Shown in pieces: positions 1-8,133 of a stretch of 54,830 bases of DNA; the first letter of the stretch is position 1, and every line of letters starts with the position of its first letter. Source of the stretch: an uncultured Pseudomonadales bacterium (GTDB lineage: Bacteria > Patescibacteriota > Microgenomatia > UBA1400 > UBA12028); contig CAZWPK010000004.1 of the NCBI GenBank assembly GCA_964635905.1, forward strand, positions 91,012 through 145,841, read 5' to 3'. The notes under the pieces were generated by a model, which searched no databases, was not told the origin of the DNA, and saw only the letters and a program-made list of their open reading frames with translations. A program made the position numbers and the translations under genes.

Positions 1-2
1 CT

Positions 3-215
3 GAGGGTAACTTACGACGAGTCATTCGTGAAAACATTGAACGACTCAAGCGTATTGGTGCCTATCGTGGGGTTCGTCATATTCACAATCTTCCAGTTCG
101 TGGACAGCGCACCCGTGTCAACGCCCGTACCAAGCGTGGACGCCGTATGACAATCGGTGCAATGAGTAAAGAAATGGCCGCAAAACTAGATACTGCTAAG
201 CCAGCAGCGAAATAA
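3..215 (+). CDS. rpsM: 30S ribosomal protein S13, C-terminal part (5'-truncated by window edge)
   Basis: Manual translation from nt 3: [46 protein letters not shown]; S13 signature, directly before rpsK. Confidence 0.97.
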   Translation, partial: EGNLRRVIRENIERLKRIGAYRGVRHIHNLPVRGQRTRVNARTKRGRRMTIGAMSKEMAAKLDTAKPAAK

Positions 216-237
216 GAAAGTATAGAAAAATCAAGTT

Positions 238-618
238 ATGCCTACTGTTCAAAAACAAACGATCAAAAAACAAATTCCCCGCGGACGTATTTACGTCCAG
301 GCAACCTTTAACAATACCATTGTGACGATTACCGACGAACAGGGAAACACCATTTGCTGGGGTTCCTCTGGAAATTCAGGGTTCTCCGGATCCCGAAAAT
401 CAACTCCATACGCAGCGACCGTTACGGTTGAAAAAGCTATTGATAAATCCAAAGACCATGGTGTCAAACACATGGACGTCTATATTAAAGGCCCAGGCCC
501 TGGTCGAGATGCGGTTCTCCGTGTCATTCGTGCAAAAGGCATTCGCGTGGGTATGATTGCTGACTTAACTCCTATTCCGCATAACGGAACGAAGCCGAGA
601 AAGCGCAGACACGGATAA
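238..618 (+). CDS. rpsK: 30S ribosomal protein S11
   Basis: ATFNNTIVTITD, GFSGSRKSTPYAA, GPGPGR, TPIPHNG motifs; operon position. Confidence 0.99.
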   Translation: MPTVQKQTIKKQIPRGRIYVQATFNNTIVTITDEQGNTICWGSSGNSGFSGSRKSTPYAATVTVEKAIDKSKDHGVKHMDVYIKGPGPGRDAVLRVIRAKGIRVGMIADLTPIPHNGTKPRKRRHG

Positions 619-630
619 CAAAGGATATTT

Positions 631-1236
631 ATGGCACGCTATACAGGACCAAAACAACGATTACAACGATCCCACGGAGAAGACTTGGGGCTTAAAACCA
701 ATTCGGTTAAAGTTCAACGTCGTCTTAATGTTCCCGCAGGCCAACACGGAGCCAAAGGACATAAAAAGATCTCCGATTATGGAATGCAGTTAAAAGAGAA
801 ACAAAAATTGAAGGTAATTTACGGTGTACTTGAAAAACAAATGCATCGTTATTACGAAGTTGCGACCAAGACTCCTGCCTCAACGGGTGCAGCCTTGTTA
901 AAGCTTTTAGAGCGACGTCTTGATAACGTCATCTTCCGACTAGGGTTTGCTCCTACACGAGCAGCTGCCCGACAAATGGTGGTTCATAATCATGTCCAAG
1001 TGAATGGCAAGAAGAATACGATTCCGTCGTACTTAATCAAGCCAAATGATGTGATTTCCTTAAAGAATAAAGCCTTAAAGATTCCGGTCGTTGAAGCCTT
1101 ATTAAAAGACCAGAAAGCTGTTCCCGCATGGTTTGAGCGCCAGGGAAACAGTGGCAAAGTCGTTCGATACCCCGAACGTGATGAATTGGATTCAAATATT
1201 AATGAACAACTGATTGTAGAATTCTACAGTCGCTAA
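631..1236 (+). CDS. rpsD: 30S ribosomal protein S4
   Basis: MARYTGP, QLKEKQKL, LERRLDNVIFRLGFA, NEQLIVEFYSR. Confidence 0.99.
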   Translation: MARYTGPKQRLQRSHGEDLGLKTNSVKVQRRLNVPAGQHGAKGHKKISDYGMQLKEKQKLKVIYGVLEKQMHRYYEVATKTPASTGAALLKLLERRLDNVIFRLGFAPTRAAARQMVVHNHVQVNGKKNTIPSYLIKPNDVISLKNKALKIPVVEALLKDQKAVPAWFERQGNSGKVVRYPERDELDSNINEQLIVEFYSR

Positions 1237-1287
1237 TTATTCGGATACAGAGCTTCGAAATTTCGAAGCGGTGAAACGGAGAATTGT

Positions 1288-2208
1288 ATGACTCAACCAA
1301 CTTTTAGCATTCAGGCCCAAGACGAAACCGTCGGGTTTGCAACCTTAGTCTTTGAACCATTAGAGCGTGGATATGGTCAAACCTTAGGGAACGCACTCCG
1401 ACGTGTATTGTTAAGTTCACTCCCTGGATTTGCGATCACTTCCATCAAGATTGACGGTATCTCGCACCAATTCTCGACATTAGAGGGAATGAGTGAAGAT
1501 ATTGTGGAATTTATCTTAAATGTAAAACAAATCCGACTGCGTTCCACCACGTTGGAGCCCGTGACATTATCACTGGATGCCAAGGGACCTGGTGAAGTGA
1601 CTGCAGGAGATCTTACCGTTACCTCCGGCGCCGTAGAAGTTGTGAACAAAGATTTGAAGTTAGCAACCATTTCTTCAAAATCATCACTCTCCGTAGAAAT
1701 GACTGCTGAAACAGGCATGGGATACAGTATGGCCGAAGAGAGAAAATCATCCAGTATCGGGGTCATTCCCGTCGATGCCTTATTTAGTCCGATTGAAAAA
1801 GTATCCTTTAAAGTGGAATCTACTCGTGTTGGACGCAAAACAGACTTTGATAAACTGATCATGAACCTGTGGACCAATGGAAGCATTGATCCAAAGACAG
1901 CCGTTGAAGAAGCAGCGAAATTGTTAGTCGCTCAATTCACCCAAGTTTACAGTCCAGTTGCAGCTCCTACCGATCAGACGCAAGCAGCTCCTTCCTATAG
2001 TAAACAAGATGAAGTCATGAAGCTTACGGTTGAAGAATTAGATCTTCCAACTCGAATTGCGAACGCACTTCGAAAAGGTGGATTTAAGACCGTCGGTGAC
2101 ATTATGGCTTCCAGTAAGTCAGAAATCTCTAAGGTCAAGAACTTAGGTGGGAAATCTATTGAAATCGTCGAAGAAGCCGTGAGTAAAAAAGGATTAACAT
2201 TATCCTAA
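1288..2208 (+). CDS. rpoA: RNA polymerase alpha subunit
   Basis: EPLERGYGQTLGNALRRVLLSS, VESTRVG..TDFDKL, alpha-CTD (VEELDLPTRIANAL, KNLGGKS). Confidence 0.99.
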   Translation: MTQPTFSIQAQDETVGFATLVFEPLERGYGQTLGNALRRVLLSSLPGFAITSIKIDGISHQFSTLEGMSEDIVEFILNVKQIRLRSTTLEPVTLSLDAKGPGEVTAGDLTVTSGAVEVVNKDLKLATISSKSSLSVEMTAETGMGYSMAEERKSSSIGVIPVDALFSPIEKVSFKVESTRVGRKTDFDKLIMNLWTNGSIDPKTAVEEAAKLLVAQFTQVYSPVAAPTDQTQAAPSYSKQDEVMKLTVEELDLPTRIANALRKGGFKTVGDIMASSKSEISKVKNLGGKSIEIVEEAVSKKGLTLS

Positions 2209-2240
2209 GCCGACAGCATTTGGATTGAGGAACGAATTTT

Positions 2241-2684
2241 ATGCGACATCGATCAGCTACAAAACACTTTAACCGTGATACCGAACAACGAAAATCGTTG
2301 TTTAAGAACTTGCTTCGCGCATTGTTCGAACACGGCCAAATTGAAACCACCGAGCCTAAAGCAAAAGCCCTCAAAGGGATTGCCGATAAACTCGTGCATC
2401 GAGCACAACAGGGAACCATCCCTGCTCGACGATTATTACAACGCTTTTTTGGAACTCGAGCAATTGTGAATCGACTCGTAGACGAAGTCGCTCCCGCAAT
2501 GAAAGATCGCAACAGCGGATATACACGCATCGTGCGACTTGGAAAACGCCGTGGGGACGACAGTATGATGGTAAAAATGGAACTGGTGGTAAAGCCAGTT
2601 GCAAAAACGGAAGGTGAGCCTACCAAGGAAGCGAAAGCTCCAAAGACCGAAGCCAAACCCGTTGAAGCAAAGAAAGTAGAGTAA
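2241..2684 (+). CDS. rplQ: 50S ribosomal protein L17
   Basis: MRHR, IETTEPKAKAL, SGYTRIVRLGKRRGD. Confidence 0.99.
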   Translation: MRHRSATKHFNRDTEQRKSLFKNLLRALFEHGQIETTEPKAKALKGIADKLVHRAQQGTIPARRLLQRFFGTRAIVNRLVDEVAPAMKDRNSGYTRIVRLGKRRGDDSMMVKMELVVKPVAKTEGEPTKEAKAPKTEAKPVEAKKVE

Positions 2685-2690
2685 GCGTGT

Positions 2691-3110
2691 ATGAAAACGA
2701 CTCAAATCAAACCCAGTGATGTAGTCCGTAAATGGCACTTAATTGATGCTAAAGGAAAAATCTTGGGACAAGTATGTACCCAAGCGGCAACTCTTCTGAT
2801 GGGTAAACACAAAGTATCCTTTACTCCCCATGTGGATTCTGGAGATTACGTCGTTGTCATCAATGCAAAAGACGTCGAAGTAACGGGAAACAAGCGTGCA
2901 GACAAGAAATATTATTCCCACTCCATGATTCCTGGTGGATTTAAAGAAATTACCTTTGAAAAACTCATGGATAAAGATCCACGCAAAATTATTGCCCATG
3001 GTGTCAAAGGAATGCTCCCAGGAAACAAGATGCAAGATCTGCGTATGGCCCGCTTAAAGATCTTTACAGAAGAGACTCATCCGTATTCCGCACAAGTAGC
3101 ACAAGAATAA
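2691..3110 (+). CDS. rplM: 50S ribosomal protein L13
   Basis: WHLIDAKGKILG, GKHKVSFTPHVDSGDYVVVINA, VKGMLP. Confidence 0.99.
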   Translation: MKTTQIKPSDVVRKWHLIDAKGKILGQVCTQAATLLMGKHKVSFTPHVDSGDYVVVINAKDVEVTGNKRADKKYYSHSMIPGGFKEITFEKLMDKDPRKIIAHGVKGMLPGNKMQDLRMARLKIFTEETHPYSAQVAQE

Positions 3111-3114
3111 ATTT

Positions 3115-3597
3115 ATGGCAGTTTTAAAGAAAAAATCATCTACCGTCCAAAAAATTGTAAAGAAGGTAGCCACGGGAAAACCGGTTGCTCGTACAACCGC
3201 TGCTTCCAAGGATTACATCTACTCAGTCGGACGACGGAAGACCGCTGTTGCTCGTATCCGCTTATTTGTGGGTACTGGTGACAACATCGTCAATTCCAAA
3301 TCAATCAAGACATTTTTTCCTGGAGAAGTATTACAGGAAATCATTTTCCGACCTTTCGAAACTGTCGGAAAACGTGAGGGCTTACATTTTTCCGTTAAAG
3401 TCTTAGGTGGCGGTGTCAATTCTCAAGCAGAAGCAGTCTCCCATGGATTAGCACGTGCATTAGTCAAAGCTGATGAAGAGCACAAAAAGGCTCTTCGTGA
3501 TGCTGGACTATTAACTCGAGATCCACGAATGCGAGAAACCCGTAAAATGGGAACCGGTGGAAAAGCACGACGTGCCAAGCAATCTCCAAAACGATAA
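3115..3597 (+). CDS. rpsI: 30S ribosomal protein S9
   Basis: GRRKTAVAR, GGGVNSQAEA, LLTRDPRMRETRK, C-terminal QSPKR. Confidence 0.99.
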   Translation: MAVLKKKSSTVQKIVKKVATGKPVARTTAASKDYIYSVGRRKTAVARIRLFVGTGDNIVNSKSIKTFFPGEVLQEIIFRPFETVGKREGLHFSVKVLGGGVNSQAEAVSHGLARALVKADEEHKKALRDAGLLTRDPRMRETRKMGTGGKARRAKQSPKR

Positions 3598-3617
3598 ATC
3601 TGTATACTATTCAAAAT

Positions 3618-4037
3618 ATGTTTGATGCCAAACGTGTGGAGCATCGTATTTTGTCTGGCCTAAAAAACCTTTCTTTACCCCGAGAAACGAATTGTTTGGG
3701 GTATGTATGGTGGTGTCTGGATTGGGCAGATCCAGAACAATACATCTCACCCGACACTGCTGGTCAAGAACTGTTTAGTTTTGATTCTCAACCTTTTCAC
3801 CCTAATCAAAAGTATTCCTGGGAACAGGGATTTCTGGGTCTAGTAGTTGCAAAGTTGCCTAGAGAAAAAGTGGTGCATGCAGCTCTGCTGCATCCAAATA
3901 AACCAAATATTTTCGTAGAACGGAAAGGATACAACTCAAGAGTTCGCGAAGTAGCAATCGCCCAAATCAGAAACAGCTATGAAAAGAATAGGGAAGATGT
4001 GTACTCCTATTTACTGTTGAGACAGCCACGTGAATAA
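3618..4037 (+). CDS. hypothetical protein
   Basis: 139-aa ORF filling the gap after rpsI and followed by a terminator; no recognised motif. Confidence 0.6.
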   Translation: MFDAKRVEHRILSGLKNLSLPRETNCLGYVWWCLDWADPEQYISPDTAGQELFSFDSQPFHPNQKYSWEQGFLGLVVAKLPREKVVHAALLHPNKPNIFVERKGYNSRVREVAIAQIRNSYEKNREDVYSYLLLRQPRE

Positions 4038-4070
4038 GAAACCCGACTGTTTCCAGCCGGGTTTCTTTCT
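4036..4070. terminator. bidirectional intrinsic terminator
   Basis: AAGAAACCCG...CGGGTTTCTT inverted repeat between convergent ORFs. Confidence 0.75.
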
Positions 4071-4086
4071 GATTGTTCGAATCGAA

Positions 4087-4626
4087 TTAGAACCGATCCG
4101 TTGTGATCACTTGAACGTCTTCCGCACCATGGGTGGTCAAAATATCTTGTGAAGAAGCACCAGAGTCTAAATCTGGAACTGCTATAAGAATCGCTCCTTC
4201 TTTTACTCGGTCTTCATAATGTTTAGCATCAGTGGCTGAGATTCCCAATCCAGAAAGACCTCCCACTAAACCACCGGCCAGGGCTCCAGTCATCGCGCCT
4301 GCTGCAGTAGTGGCAGCAGTTCCTGTGAGTCCCAATGCCGCAGCTAAGGGGCCTGCGATTAATAACGCACCCACTCCCGGAATTGTAATGGCCCCGATAC
4401 CAATCAATAGCCCTGCAATTCCGCCGATAATTCCACCCGTAGTAGCCCCAGAAACGGCTCCTTCAGCAACCGTTGCACCCGTGGACTCAGCGAGTTCCTT
4501 TCCCTCAGCTACATCCTTCATGACAATGGAAATGTCCTGTGGTGAGTATCCAGCTTCCTCTAGTGCGTTGATTGCGGTTTCTGCCCGATCTCTACTGGAG
4601 AATAATCCTAATGATACTGTTGCCAT
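4087..4626 (-). CDS. general stress protein-like membrane protein (YflT/17M-like N-terminus with Gly/Ala-rich glycine-zipper helices)
   Basis: GLFSSRDRAETAINALEEAGY..DISIV, GAVSGATTGG, GPLAAALG, YEDRVKEGAILIAV. Confidence 0.75.
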   Translation of the reverse strand: MATVSLGLFSSRDRAETAINALEEAGYSPQDISIVMKDVAEGKELAESTGATVAEGAVSGATTGGIIGGIAGLLIGIGAITIPGVGALLIAGPLAAALGLTGTAATTAAGAMTGALAGGLVGGLSGLGISATDAKHYEDRVKEGAILIAVPDLDSGASSQDILTTHGAEDVQVITTDRF

Positions 4627-4814
4627 ACTGGCTCCTTTCTTTAACTAATACAGAAGGGGATTGTTTTTTTTGATGGCAGAAACGAAGAGGATTACTTAAT
4701 AGAACGGTAAGGAAGAAAAGATGCAGGGAAATGTAGTGCCTTTTTATTGAGCAGTTATGCATAGATGCCAGATGAGAGTGGGAAAAAAAGATGATACAAT
4801 TGCATCCTTGCTTC

Positions 4815-4898
4815 GCCGCGGTGGTGAAACTGGCATACACGAGAGACTTAAAATCTCTTGCTCGCAAGGGCGTGAGGGTTCGACCCCCTCCCGCGGCA
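4815..4898 (+). tRNA. tRNA-Leu(TAA)
   Basis: Acceptor GCCGCGG/CCGCGGC, anticodon arm AGAGA-CTTAAAA-TCTCT, long variable arm, TTCGA T-loop; CCA not encoded. Confidence 0.95.
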
Positions 4899-4904
4899 CA
4901 TGTT

Positions 4905-4981
4905 CGGGGTGTGGCTCAGATGGCTAGAGCGCCTGCTTTGGGAGCAGGAGGTCCCCAGTTCGAGTCTGGGCACCCCGACCA
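4905..4981 (+). tRNA. tRNA-Pro(TGG)
   Basis: Acceptor CGGGGTG/CACCCCG, CCTGC-TTTGGGA-GCAGG, GTTCGAGT, ends ACCA. Confidence 0.97.
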
Positions 4982-6504
4982 TTTAAGACAAGTGGGTCTT
5001 TGAGCAGGGTATCAAAGGGTTCTTTTAGCCTGTACATCTTCACTTTTTCTTCATCAATCCATAAGTTCAAGAAAATAATTCTGACAATTTGGTCTTTGAC
5101 TTCGGGTGTGCCTGCTTTGACAGATAATCCAGCGTTTTTAGACAAGTTCAAGAAGTCTTCCAGCGTTAACACGTCCTGTTCTAGGTCAGGCATGGCTTCC
5201 TTGAGTTTGGTGATTTCTGCCTCCAGTTGGGACTTTTGATTGTCCAGTTCTTTCACTCGTTCCTCACCAATCTTTCTGACTGTCGAGCCTATTTCCTGCT
5301 TGATGACTTGGAGAGCGGTTGTTCGCAACTCATTGTCAGTAGCTTTCAGGTGTCCTTGCTTGGAGTGCAGTTCAACCTCAAGTTTGGCTTTCTGCTTAGT
5401 TAGCACGTCAGTCATTTCTTGCAGGTAAATTTGATAATCTTCCTCAGTGAAGTTGAGTCCATCCTTGAGAAACTCATACAACCAATCAAGCACAACTTTC
5501 ACTCTGACTGATTTCTTAGCTCGTTTGCACCCTGTGGTTTCACACCTGAAGTTAAGATACCGTTTGCCACTCCCACCAGTGGATGGACCAACAGTCATAT
5601 TGCCATCACAAAACGAACATTTTACAAAGGACTTAAAGGGGTAAAAAGTATAGCGGTGAGTGTTAATTGGCATCAGTCGAGTTCTAGTTTGGGTTTGGAT
5701 TTGGTAAAACTCTTCCTCACTGACCGCAGGTACAAAGTCATACTTGGTACGCAAATCAATCTGGTCATCAGCTTGTACCAATACACCAAAGTAAAACGAA
5801 TCTCGGAAGATGATACTCAAGATACGCTTGTCCATGTTCACTTTGCGTCCTGTAGCTTTAATCAAGCGGTGGTAGCCAAGAGAGTTGATTGTTTGGGCAA
5901 TTTTTTCCAGTGACTCACCTTTAAGCTTCATCTGCCATGCTTCCTTGATAAGTTCATGGTTATTACCATCAGGTTGATATCTACCAAACTCATCAATCAC
6001 ATATCCATGTTTAGGAATGTGACTCCTGCCTTCACTAGCTTTTCTGACCATCCCACGAGTCACGTCAGCAGAGAGTTTGTCTGAGTATTGTTTGGAAAGC
6101 ACAAAAGCAAGTCCCAGCATCATCAAACCATTTGCATCTCGAGTGAAGTGGTGAGTAACAAACTTTAAGTCCTTGATGATGTCCTCATCAATCATATCAA
6201 TGACTTCGCCACCTTCTTTCATGTTGCGAGCAAGGCGGTCAGGATTCCAGCACAGAATCCCATCGTATTTACCAACCTGAATATCTTTGAGCATCTGCCG
6301 AAAAACAGGTCTTTTACCAGGTTTCTTAGCGGACTTCTGTTCTGTCAGTGGAGAGCCAACAATGGTCAAATTGAGGCGTTTAGCAAGCTGGAGACACTCG
6401 GCTATTTGGTCAGGAATAGACCGAGCTTGACGCTCTGGGTCATCGGTAGATTTGCGAGCGTAGAGGACATATTTGAGCTTGGTGTGGTCAACTTCATACT
6501 CCAT
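4924..6504 (-). CDS. large serine recombinase 1 (526 aa in integrated state; last codons read antisense through tRNA-Pro)
   Basis: Resolvase catalytic YARKST..RQ..SI..Q, DRLARN, recombinase domain, Zn ribbon CSFC...CETTGC, coiled coil; ATG at 6504 matches paralog start. Confidence 0.95.
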   Translation of the reverse strand: MEYEVDHTKLKYVLYARKSTDDPERQARSIPDQIAECLQLAKRLNLTIVGSPLTEQKSAKKPGKRPVFRQMLKDIQVGKYDGILCWNPDRLARNMKEGGEVIDMIDEDIIKDLKFVTHHFTRDANGLMMLGLAFVLSKQYSDKLSADVTRGMVRKASEGRSHIPKHGYVIDEFGRYQPDGNNHELIKEAWQMKLKGESLEKIAQTINSLGYHRLIKATGRKVNMDKRILSIIFRDSFYFGVLVQADDQIDLRTKYDFVPAVSEEEFYQIQTQTRTRLMPINTHRYTFYPFKSFVKCSFCDGNMTVGPSTGGSGKRYLNFRCETTGCKRAKKSVRVKVVLDWLYEFLKDGLNFTEEDYQIYLQEMTDVLTKQKAKLEVELHSKQGHLKATDNELRTTALQVIKQEIGSTVRKIGEERVKELDNQKSQLEAEITKLKEAMPDLEQDVLTLEDFLNLSKNAGLSVKAGTPEVKDQIVRIIFLNLWIDEEKVKMYRLKEPFDTLLKDPLVLNGRGAQTRTGDLLLPKQAL

Positions 6505-6661
6505 CACACTCGATTATCCCACGAAAAAACAAAAACAGGAGTCCACACCATGCTTTTCCTGTACTCCAACCAGCCCCCCCTTGACCCGTTTCTGCCACAG
6601 CAGGGGTGGCACTACAAACTATCAAAACCTAACATTAACTAATATATAGAAAGAGCCTATA
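6505..6661 (-). promoter_or_regulatory. conserved 157-nt region upstream of LSR1 with two hairpins and a -10-like GATAAT
   Basis: Aligns by eye to 17208-17364; hairpins at 6594-6610 and 6536-6561. Confidence 0.55.
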
Positions 6662-6715
6662 GTATATGACTTTTGTGGTGATGTCACCGTACTCACTGCG
6701 TTATATAATACCTAC

Positions 6716-7162
6716 ATGGGAATCAACGAACGAACAGCCAATATTGACTTCTTGTCTTCTACATTTGATGACATACTCACAATGTATCCTGCTGAGTCAT
6801 TAAAGTTGATGTTCCGTGGTGCTAGAAATGACAACTCGCCTTCTGGTGGAAACTGGTGGTCTGAAGATGCCTATTATGCATTGGGTTGCAGCAGTGATAA
6901 CAGACTTTTTGTAACAGCTGTACCGATAGATTTAATTGCGGAGTTGCAAGAAACTAATCAACTGACTAATGAAAGCGACCACGAAGGAAACAAATGGAAA
7001 TTTAGAAGATTCAATTTACCTCATCGACAGGTTAATGATGCCGAACTGACTGAGTTACTTAGTCAAGCTCGTATAACTAAGCTAGGTGCAACGCGAGCTA
7101 TAAAAACCAGACTTGGAACACAGGCAAGAATTGATTTCTCAAAAAGTGTTATTGTCGGGTAA
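6716..7162 (+). CDS. cargo hypothetical protein, weak ADP-ribosyltransferase-like motifs
   Basis: 148-aa ORF; LMFRG...GNWWSEDAYYA pattern; no counterpart in element 2. Confidence 0.55.
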   Translation: MGINERTANIDFLSSTFDDILTMYPAESLKLMFRGARNDNSPSGGNWWSEDAYYALGCSSDNRLFVTAVPIDLIAELQETNQLTNESDHEGNKWKFRRFNLPHRQVNDAELTELLSQARITKLGATRAIKTRLGTQARIDFSKSVIVG

Positions 7163-7171
7163 ACGGCATGA

Positions 7172-7441
7172 CTACTGTTTTAACAGTTCAAACACCTTCT
7201 TCTTGATATACCTGAAAAAGGCTAAAAGCCGATTCTTCTTGAGTAAGACATACAGAATCTCACGTCCCTGACTGTCCCGCATTGCTATTGCATTTCTGAC
7301 ACCATCCTCACCGAGCTTCTGTTGCTCGTCTATAGCTTTGAGTGCCATCATGATATCAGCACGATTGGCATGAGGTCGTTTGAGCTGTTCTGTCAGTAAT
7401 CGCTTATTCAGTGCTAGGTCTTCTTCAAAGGAAAGTGCCAT
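7172..7441 (-). CDS. conserved small element protein (89 aa), candidate directionality factor/regulator
   Basis: 53 of 89 residues identical by manual alignment to 16424..16711; shared upstream GGTACAAT..CGGTCAAATTATG. Confidence 0.85.
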   Translation of the reverse strand: MALSFEEDLALNKRLLTEQLKRPHANRADIMMALKAIDEQQKLGEDGVRNAIAMRDSQGREILYVLLKKNRLLAFFRYIKKKVFELLKQ

Positions 7442-7479
7442 AATTTGACCGCTATTGTACCTTTTTTACCCGAGAAAGC

Positions 7480-7626
7480 CTAGTACAGGTACACCAACCC
7501 CGCATTGTTTTCACCACGAATGAAGTAGTCATCAGAGATATCCGATTGTGTAACAATTTGAAATGGCTTCCAAAATGCTACAATCGCATTGGCAAGGCGT
7601 TCAAAGTTTGTCGCCTTCACTCGACA
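7480..7626 (-). other. displaced C-terminal coding segment of LSR1 (CRVKATNFERLANAIVAFWK...GENNAGLVYLY*)
   Basis: Ungapped 48-codon match (21/48 identical) to 16239..16385; in frame with LSR1 across the GTCG core. Confidence 0.7.
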
Positions 7627-7660
7627 CATATCGCGTTCTTGAGAGCTTGTAAACAGCTCT
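7609..7660 (+). repeat. junction A: element-1 left arm + CGACAC core + cassette right arm
   Basis: 7609-7626 is the exact reverse complement of 16239-16256 (18 nt); 7622-7660 matches 8179-8217 at 34/39. Confidence 0.85.
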
Positions 7661-7697
7661 TGCTTCTTGTTTTTCTTCCTATAAAATATCCCTAATT

Positions 7698-8117
7698 ATG
7701 TCAAACGTTGAAGCAACTAAATCAAAGTTAGCTGGAAAACATTTCCTGGTGGTGGAAAGTGGCGATGCTGATTGGAAATTTGTATTTGGGAATTACTTTG
7801 ATGTAATGGATGCTACTTTCGACTATGTAGATGAAGAAGATTTTTTAGGATCAGGGATGGATGAGGTTGATACTTATGTAGGAAAATTTGATGGCATCGT
7901 CTTACATTTAGTAGCAGGTGGTTATTTCGATACTTATAAAGAAAAAGCTTTGGAAACAAAACTGAAAGGACTTCCAGTAGTTGTTACAGCATCAGCAACA
8001 TTTACGCCTGACGAAAAAGTAATTGAATTAAACTCACTGGGTATTGGAGTTGTAATAAAAGGCAAAGACTTTAACTTCAACTCAATTTTGGAATTGTTAG
8101 CTGCGCAGATGAGCTAA
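7698..8117 (+). CDS. stand-alone atypical receiver (CheY-like) protein
   Basis: FLVVE (b1), FDGIVLHL (b3, His at the Asp position), PVVVTAS (b4), VVIKGK (b5). Confidence 0.65.
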   Translation: MSNVEATKSKLAGKHFLVVESGDADWKFVFGNYFDVMDATFDYVDEEDFLGSGMDEVDTYVGKFDGIVLHLVAGGYFDTYKEKALETKLKGLPVVVTASATFTPDEKVIELNSLGIGVVIKGKDFNFNSILELLAAQMS

Positions 8118-8133
8118 AAACATAGCAACTTAT

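Larger units (their letters stand above)
4976..7625 (-). mobile_element. 2646-bp LSR element integrated at tRNA-Pro(TGG) 3' end, bounded by direct CGAC cores (4976-4979, 7622-7625)
   Basis: Colinear homology to the element at 16240-18893 (LSR, leader, 89/95-aa gene, orphan tail); nearly the same length; cores in the same codon phase. Confidence 0.8.

Noticed and set aside
4232-4648. Pro/Ala-rich ORF and the many other antisense or overlapping ORFs in the track
   Set aside because: Shadows of well-supported genes on the opposite strand or in another frame
4791-5003. ORFs spanning tRNA genes (4791..5003, 18866..19066, 5' part of 42994..43866)
   Set aside because: They are translations of tRNA sequence with no protein features
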